The position numbers were made by a program, and so were the translations under genes. The notes beneath the pieces were generated by a model. It saw only the letters and a program-made list of their open reading frames with translations, had not been told where the DNA came from and ran no database searches. DNA of 64,000 nt from Cycas panzhihuaensis. Its lineage: Eukaryota > Plantae > Cycadophyta. The stretch spans positions 164,307,741-164,371,740 of the forward strand of contig CM041465.1 of NCBI GenBank assembly GCA_023213395.1, given 5' to 3'. Of this stretch, positions 62,001 through 64,000 are shown piece after piece. Position 1 is the stretch's first letter; the number at the start of each line of letters is the position of its first letter.

Positions 62001-64000
62001 ACTTGCTTAAAGAACCTTTCCTGTCCCTAAATATTGAATATCTTTGGCCACTCTTTCTTCTACCTCATGCCACGAACCCCTTAAGGTAAAAGGTATATTA
62101 CATAAAACGCCTTTAACCATTCTCATTGATAATGGTGCTTCACTTAATTTTATTGATATCTCCCTTGCTTAGTATTTGAATTTACATATGATTCTAAAAA
62201 TGGGTTTCACTTGCTCTCTTCCAACCTAGTAAATACTCCATTATATAGGGATCATCAAAAGCTTTCATATTCAAATAGTGACATATCATTTAATATATGA
62301 TTTCTATGCTCTTTCTATTGGAGGATTAGATGCCATCCTATGGGTCTAAGAACTATAAACTCTAAGCATCTATAATGCCAATAACTCCTCTACCAATCTA
62401 TTTATACTTTTTAAAGATCATCTTGGGAAAACTCACAAGCTCCATGGCATTCCACCACCTCTTAGTCATAAATACTAAAACTAGTGTAGACTTAACAATT
62501 TAGGAGGACTGATAAATACATCTTGCTATTTCAATTATAAAACTAATATTATGAAATGGGAAAATGTTGCCCATAATCAATTTCCAAACTTGTATTACAT
62601 TTCAATATATGTGTTCCATCAATGGTTTCATCGTAGTCCAAAATGTTTCATAAGTTTTATATTTTATATTCATAATGCTTGCACATGTATCTAATTGGCA
62701 TGCAATTCACTCTTGCACTCATTCACTTTATACAATACAGTATTTGGTGGCCTTGTCATAGGTTTTATAGCTTGTTTGCCATATGGGCTAACTACATATC
62801 AATTAATATCCTCAATAAGTTTCTTGTCAATTTCCATGATGTCATAATTTGTTTTTCTTGTTTATTCTAATCTCATAGACCAGAGTAAACACTTCTGAGT
62901 GAAGTCCACTAAGGGCACCTATCAGTGCAAAATTAACTTAAGATTCATTACCTGCTTAACAATATTAAAGTATGTCCTTTCATACACCTCAATGGTATGT
63001 CCTTCCATATACCATAAAAGTCTACAACTCTTTACCCCAATTCATAACATCCTTTATACTTTCCATTTCAATGAAATTCCATCCACCACTTCCCAAACTT
63101 TCTTCTCTATCCATAATAACAAACAAGTTATCACTGGCTCTCCTGATATCATTCAAGCTCATCATGACATTTTTTAGTTTCTCATCCAATGGGTCAACTC
63201 TAAGCTAGAAGTAGCAGAATGGGAGCTCGCATTGAAGTTTACATATCTATTTAAACTTTGTCTCAACTTCAAGGACTCAACATCTCAGGGGAGAAGACAT
63301 GTGACATAACTATCCTAACTGTGGGACCTAATTATTAGTACATGTGACCGTAAGACATGACGACTAGTGCTAATCCTTAATATATGTGTAAGTTGCCTAC
63401 TCCTATTGATAGTATTCATGTAAAAAGACCACTCTTGTCTATATAAGGCCTTAAAGAAGTAAACTAAGGATTATTGTATATTTGAAATTTTGTGTATTTG
63501 GTGTACTGTAGTACTACATTAGTTATCTTTAGTGGTTTTATTTTGTATTATATTATCTTTTGTAATAAATTTTATCTTGTTGCATTTATATTTTGTTTGT
63601 TATGTCCTTTGAGTTCTTCCCTTTACATACTTTGTAATCATTTATGGGATAGGTACATCCCAAAATCAATTGTACAACCTTAAGATGACAAGTACTATGG
63701 CAAAACACATGCAATAGATTGAAGTAGTGAAGAACCAACTCAATACAATTGGTACAATAGTCACCAATAATGAGCTAATCACCTTGATTTTGAAGAGTCT
63801 ACCAAAATCTTATGAGAGTTTTATAACTAACTTGACAATAACTACTAAGCTTAACAAAATCACCTTTAATGAATTTGAAGGTTTATTATTATAGCACGAT
63901 GTTGAGAGGAAATGATAAAAGGTGAATCATCAGCCACATATGCAATAAGATATAATAATAAGAAACCTGTTGTGGGATCATGAGGATGGTCCAATATTTT
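59035..64000 (+). pseudogene. Copia D gag, split by a gypsy insertion and running off the window
   Basis: KNYSIWKHQMKQLL (~59090); MFKN|QLYNLKM across the insertion; LILKSLPKSYESFI (~63785). Confidence 0.8.
59354..63662 (+). mobile_element. Decayed, internally deleted Ty3/gypsy element
   Basis: 363-bp LTRs at 59354-59716 and 63300-63662; TSD AAATT/AAATC; PBS TGGTATTAAAGC 59719-59730; PPT before 63300; protease ILIDNGASLNFID (~62119-62157); no RT motif seen. Confidence 0.88.

Overview
AT-rich land-plant intergenic or heterochromatic DNA (species not determinable), made almost entirely of nested, mostly decayed retrotransposons. No intact host CDS, rRNA, tRNA or CRISPR array was found. Left to right: decayed Ty1/copia A (1-5713,+); an unassigned purine-skewed block; a decayed L1-type LINE (-); a CG-retaining gene-like island (~13.5-14.7 kb); a gypsy remnant (-); then a very old copia C (+, ~16.7-59.0 kb). 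Copia C is split by copia B (-, itself holding a solo LTR), by a gypsy-like element, and by a gag-only LTR element (-, 31546-57695). The leader of the gag-only element carries 8 tandem copies of a ~1.37-kb unit. Its 5' LTR is interrupted by the most striking feature of the window: a non-autonomous LTR element present as a three-unit array with four shared 280-bp LTRs (45507-57451, TSD CAAGC). It has no recognisable intact gag/pol. Instead it carries a mosaic of apparently captured host-gene pieces: an antisense hnRNP Q/R-like RRM fragment, a sense signal-peptide/phytocyanin-like N-terminus and probably a third coding piece. The window ends in another copia gag split by a gypsy element. Five unrelated copia-type elements all have an inverted repeat bracketing the PPT/3'LTR junction. 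Coordinates and alignments were read by eye.
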